The notes under the pieces are model-generated. The model made no database searches. It was not told where the DNA came from and saw only the letters and a list, made by a program, of their open reading frames with translations. A DNA stretch of 32,000 nt from Candidatus Saccharimonadota bacterium (GTDB lineage Bacteria > Pseudomonadota > Gammaproteobacteria > Johnevansiales > Johnevansiaceae), in contig NC_018677.1 in NCBI RefSeq assembly GCF_000300075.1, forward strand, positions 270,001 through 302,000, given 5' to 3'. Numbering within the stretch: position 1 is the first letter of the stretch; each line of letters begins with the position of its first letter. The position numbers were made by a program, and so were the translations under genes. This document shows positions 28,386-32,000 of this stretch, one piece after another.

Positions 28386-28938
28386 CTATATCCTTCTTTG
28401 TTTAGTATGCCTTTTAACATCAAACATCAAACACATAACCTTTTATAATTAACATTTAAACATACAGCCCATCTACACAAATACACTGTATTAACACAAC
28501 CATAACAAAAAGTAAACTATTATCATAGTACGACATATCTTGTACACACAAAACAAAAAGATAACAAAGACAATAAAAACCGTACACACAACAAATAAAG
28601 AAAACAAATAAAATCACAAAAAAAAATACAGCATAATCACAAAAAAAAAAGAGAAAAATACAAAACTTTAAATAGAACTAAATACTAACACAACACATAA
28701 GTTACTTAAGACAAAAAGAAAGTACAAATAAAGGGAAAACAACAACGAAAATAACATCAAAAAGTATTAAACATTTAATCAAAAAATAATACAAATTCAT
28801 ATAAAAATATAACAAAAAAAAAGAAGCGAAAAAGTAGTAGATGTATATTATTAAAGAGTAATAAATACTAAGATTTTATTAGCTATCAGCTTTAAATTAG
28901 TAGAAAACTTTCTGTTTATAAAAACAAAAGGAAATTTT

Positions 28939-29703
28939 ATGATAAATATAAATTATATTATAGCTATAGCTTCTGGAAAAGGCGGAGTAGGGAAATCAAC
29001 AATAACAGCTAATTTAGCGTTAGCGATGAACGTAAAAGGATATAAAGTAGGTTTGTTAGATGCTGATATCTATGGGTATAGTCAATCAACAATATTAAAT
29101 GTAAAAAAAAAGATATTTATTAATAAAAAAAAAAGAATACAGCCAATTCCATATTACGGAATTAAAGCAATGTCTTTGGGTTTTATAGTTAAAAAACAAA
29201 CAAAAGCTATTATAGGGCGTGGCCCTATAATCTCTAAATTGTTAGTAGATTTATTTACAAATACAAATTGGGGTTATTTAGATTATTTATTTATAGATAT
29301 GCCTCCAGGAACTGGAGATATTATGTTATCTATATCAAAAAGTATAAGTGTATCTGGGGTAATTATCATCACAACACCTCAAGATGTTTCGTTATTAGGT
29401 GCATTTAAAGGAATAAATATGTTTAATAAAATTAAAATACCAATCATAGGTTTAATAGAAAATATGAGCTATTATACCTGTAAAAGCTGTGGTTATTCAA
29501 CATCTATTTTTAATAATAAGTATAACAACATTTTAAAAAAATATAAAATAAAAAAAATTGGTTGTTTTGCTTTACATAAAACCCTTTGTGACAAAAAACC
29601 TATTTTGATAGCAAAACCAAATTCTAAAATAAGTGTTTTTTTAAAAGTTATAGCTGATATTGTTGACATTAAACTAAAACCACAATTTCGTATAGGACTA
29701 TAG
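28939..29703 (+). CDS. mrp: Fe-S cluster carrier ATPase (Mrp/ApbC/NBP35 family), lacking the N-terminal extension
   Basis: 254-aa ORF with the deviant Walker A IASGKGGVGKST, DMPPGTGD and the CxxC motif CKSCG. AAAGGA lies upstream of the ATG. Confidence 0.9.
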   Translation: MININYIIAIASGKGGVGKSTITANLALAMNVKGYKVGLLDADIYGYSQSTILNVKKKIFINKKKRIQPIPYYGIKAMSLGFIVKKQTKAIIGRGPIISKLLVDLFTNTNWGYLDYLFIDMPPGTGDIMLSISKSISVSGVIIITTPQDVSLLGAFKGINMFNKIKIPIIGLIENMSYYTCKSCGYSTSIFNNKYNNILKKYKIKKIGCFALHKTLCDKKPILIAKPNSKISVFLKVIADIVDIKLKPQFRIGL

Positions 29704-29768
29704 CTCATATTGGTTAGAGCACCACGTTGACATCGTGGTGGTAAGTGGTTCGAATCCGCTTAGTCCTA
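29694..29768 (+). tRNA. tRNA-Val (anticodon GAC)
   Basis: The acceptor stem pairs AGGACTA with TAGTCCT. The D-arm is GCTC...GAGC. The anticodon stem-loop is CCACG-TTGACAT-CGTGG. The T-arm is AGTGG-TTCGAAT-CCGCT, and the discriminator is A. The first 10 nt overlap the last codons and the TAG stop of mrp. Confidence 0.88.
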
Positions 29769-30128
29769 AAATATGGTTTTTATATAGTTATAAAAGATAT
29801 AGTTAACTGAGTATAAAAGTATCTGAGCATCATAAAAAAACAAGTTATGTTAGGCTTAAGGAATAGTTCAAAAAATATACAAAAATTTATCTTAAATTAG
29901 CAAAAGAAAACATAGCTCAATAGTGAGTTATGAAGTGCAAATAGGAATATACTTGCATAAAGAATTGGATATCAACAAAATTCATGTAGAAAGAATAAAA
30001 GTAAAAGATAATAAAATTATTGTTGTTCCTATATTATGTGCATGTTTAAGTATGATGATGAATATTCAATAGTGCTCATATTTAGCTTAAAGGTAAAATG
30101 TCGTAACAAATTTTATTTTCTATTATTT

Positions 30129-30160
30129 TGTATCTTGTATCTTGTTTGTTGTTTGTTGTT
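30129..30160. repeat. Short compound heptamer array (GTATCTT)2(GTTTGTT)2-3
   Basis: Read directly: tgtatcttgtatcttgtttgttgtttgttgtt. It uses the same GTTGTTT unit as the array at 3186-3403. Confidence 0.7.
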
Positions 30161-30476
30161 AAATTTTTCTATTAGTTAAAGCTTTAGTCATAGGCTAGCA
30201 ACATGAGTTAATTTGATTTCTTTAACAATTATGCTTAAAGAACAAGTTAAGAAAGTTGTATTAATTGCTTAATTAGTTAGCTTAGGTATAACAACATTTT
30301 AAATAGCACTATTAATAGTAAAATAAATACAGGTTCAACAAAAAAGAAAGTAATAAAAGATTGTTATATAATAATATGTATCTGTGATGCTTAAGTTAAG
30401 AAGAAGTTTTGGCATTAGATAAAAACAATAAAGTATAGTGGTAAGAAAAAAAACAAAAGATATAATATGTTACTAT

Positions 30477-30548
30477 GGGTCGTTAGCTCAGTGGTAGAGC
30501 AGTTGGCTTTTAACCAATTGGTCGTAGGTTCAAATCCTACACGACCCA
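30477..30548 (+). tRNA. tRNA-Lys (anticodon UUU)
   Basis: The acceptor stem pairs GGGTCGT with ACGACCC. The D-arm is GCTC-AGTGGTA-GAGC. The anticodon stem-loop is GTTGG-CTTTTAA-CCAAT. The T-arm is GTAGG-TTCAAAT-CCTAC, and the discriminator is A. Confidence 0.93.
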
Positions 30549-30573
30549 TTTATATTCATAAAAAAATAATAAC

Positions 30574-32000
30574 ATGAAAAGAATTCTTATTTATAAAGAA
30601 ATCATATCAGATTTAGATACTCCTCTTTCTCTTTATATGAAAGTAGCAAATTATCATTGGACTTTTTTATTAGAATCGATAGAAGGAAAAAAGCAATGGT
30701 GTAGATATTCTATAATTGGTTTACGCTGTCATCAAAGAATAGAAATATATAATAATAAAATAAATTTATTTAAAGACAAAATAAAAATTGAAAAAACAAA
30801 AAAAATAGATACGTTAGTTTGGCTTTCAAAATATATAAAAACAATAAAAAAAACTATTCTTAAAAAAAATAAAAGCAAAACAATATTGGATGGAGGCTTA
30901 GTAGGATATTTGGGCTATGATATAATAAGATTAATTGAACCAACTATTAAAACGTATAAGCAATATAATCCCATTAATACACCTGACATATTTTTGTTAA
31001 GAGCTAATGAACTATTGATAATAGATAAGTATTCAGGCAGATTAACAATCTTAGTAAATGTTAATATATATGATTTAAAAAAAGGTTTAGAACGCATAAA
31101 AATAATATTAAAGAAACTAAGTCTATGTGCAAATTTTAATAAAACAGAATTAGTTACACATTCATTCCAAACACATATCAAACATAAATATACACTTAAA
31201 CCTATATTTTCTAGTTTTAATAAGTTTACTTTTCAAAATTATATTATTAACCTACAAAAATATATTAATTCTGGAGATGTAATGCAATGTGTACCTTCAC
31301 AACGCATTATTATACCGTTTTATTCTCAACCATTTAATCTTTTTCGCGCATTAAGAGTTTTAAACCCATCACCATATATGTTGTTTTTTAATTTTAACGA
31401 TCATTATGTTGTTGGTTCTTCTCCTGAGATTTTGGTAAGAGTAGATAATAAAACAATTACTTTAAGACCTATAGCTGGAACAATTCAAAAACGAAGTGGT
31501 ATACACAATGAAATATTAAAGGATTATAAAGAAGTTTCAGAACATATTATGTTAATTGATTTAGGCCGTAATGATGTAGGAAAAGTTAGTAGTACTGTAA
31601 GAGTTCAAAATCAATTTTTAATAGAAAGATACTCACATGTAAGACATATAGTTTCAACATTAATTGGTATATTAAAACATAAAATAGATCTGATTGATAT
31701 TGTACGCGCTACTTTTCCAGCTGGTACTATTGCTGGTGCACCAAAAATAAGAGCTTTAGAGATTATAAATACACTTGAACCTATTCGACGTGGTATATAT
31801 TCAGGAGCAATAGGTTTTTTATCTTGGAATGGTAATATGAATATAGCTATTGCAATTAGAACAGCAATAGTTAAAAATTATAAACTACATATTCAAGCTG
31901 GTGTAGGAATTATAGAAGAATCTCAATATAAGAAAGAATGGAATGAAATATTAAATAAAAGTAGCGTTATATTGAAAGCCGCACTTATTGCTATAGTTGA
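30574..32000 (+). CDS. trpE: Anthranilate synthase component I, 3'-partial (runs off the window)
   Basis: It is not in the ORF track because no stop lies inside the window. My hand translation from ATG 30574 stays open to nt 32000 (475 codons). It contains LLESIEG, GDVMQCVPSQR, LNPSPYMLFF, GSSPEILVRV, LRPIAGT, IDLGRNDVGKV, FPAGTIAGAPKIRA and RGIYSGAIGF. It starts 25 nt after tRNA-Lys. Confidence 0.93.
   Translation, partial: MKRILIYKEIISDLDTPLSLYMKVANYHWTFLLESIEGKKQWCRYSIIGLRCHQRIEIYNNKINLFKDKIKIEKTKKIDTLVWLSKYIKTIKKTILKKNKSKTILDGGLVGYLGYDIIRLIEPTIKTYKQYNPINTPDIFLLRANELLIIDKYSGRLTILVNVNIYDLKKGLERIKIILKKLSLCANFNKTELVTHSFQTHIKHKYTLKPIFSSFNKFTFQNYIINLQKYINSGDVMQCVPSQRIIIPFYSQPFNLFRALRVLNPSPYMLFFNFNDHYVVGSSPEILVRVDNKTITLRPIAGTIQKRSGIHNEILKDYKEVSEHIMLIDLGRNDVGKVSSTVRVQNQFLIERYSHVRHIVSTLIGILKHKIDLIDIVRATFPAGTIAGAPKIRALEIINTLEPIRRGIYSGAIGFLSWNGNMNIAIAIRTAIVKNYKLHIQAGVGIIEESQYKKEWNEILNKSSVILKAALIAIV

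Noticed and set aside
29911-29927. tRNA-like D-arm string catagctcaatagtgag, considered as a tRNA pseudogene feature.
   Set aside because: No anticodon stem, T-arm or acceptor pairing could be found around it. The similarity is about 17 nt in AT-rich DNA. It is mentioned as a low-interest finding but not annotated as a feature.

Overview
This is an AT-rich window (roughly three quarters A+T by eye, not computed) that looks like a tiny-genome obligate nutritional endosymbiont of gammaproteobacterial ancestry. GroEL, AhpC, YfhL and GrxD read like gamma-type orthologues. I can support 18 protein genes under the standard code: lipA, lysC, a 5'-truncated alaS, leuS, ybeY, trpB, trpA, a yfhL-like ferredoxin, ahpC, valS, argD, lepA, groEL, groES, argG, grxD, mrp/apbC and trpE (3'-partial at the window edge). 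There are 5 tRNAs: Ser-GCU, Cys-GCA, Leu-UAA, Val-GAC and Lys-UUU. Gene content is housekeeping plus fragments of the Trp, Arg and Lys/Thr pathways. I found no transposase, phage, CRISPR, toxin or defence genes. The unusual part is the non-coding DNA. Genes within blocks abut or overlap (from -10 to +35 nt), yet about one third of the window lies in eight spacers of 0.7-3 kb. These spacers contain no credible ORFs. They are built from reiterated short motifs, compound heptanucleotide microsatellites and local tandem duplications, and in several stretches one strand almost completely lacks G or C. The same motif vocabulary recurs in different spacers in opposite orientation, including a perfect 28-nt inverted repeat bracketing lipA. 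Other points of interest are an alaS ORF that keeps only the editing and C-terminal half, an intact argG with eroded catalytic motifs, a tRNA-Val that overlaps the mrp stop codon, and a sigma-32-type promoter upstream of groES. From memory, the combination resembles published descriptions of the whitefly symbiont Candidatus Portiera from Bemisia. I cannot confirm that without a database search. All counts were made by hand on the displayed sequence.
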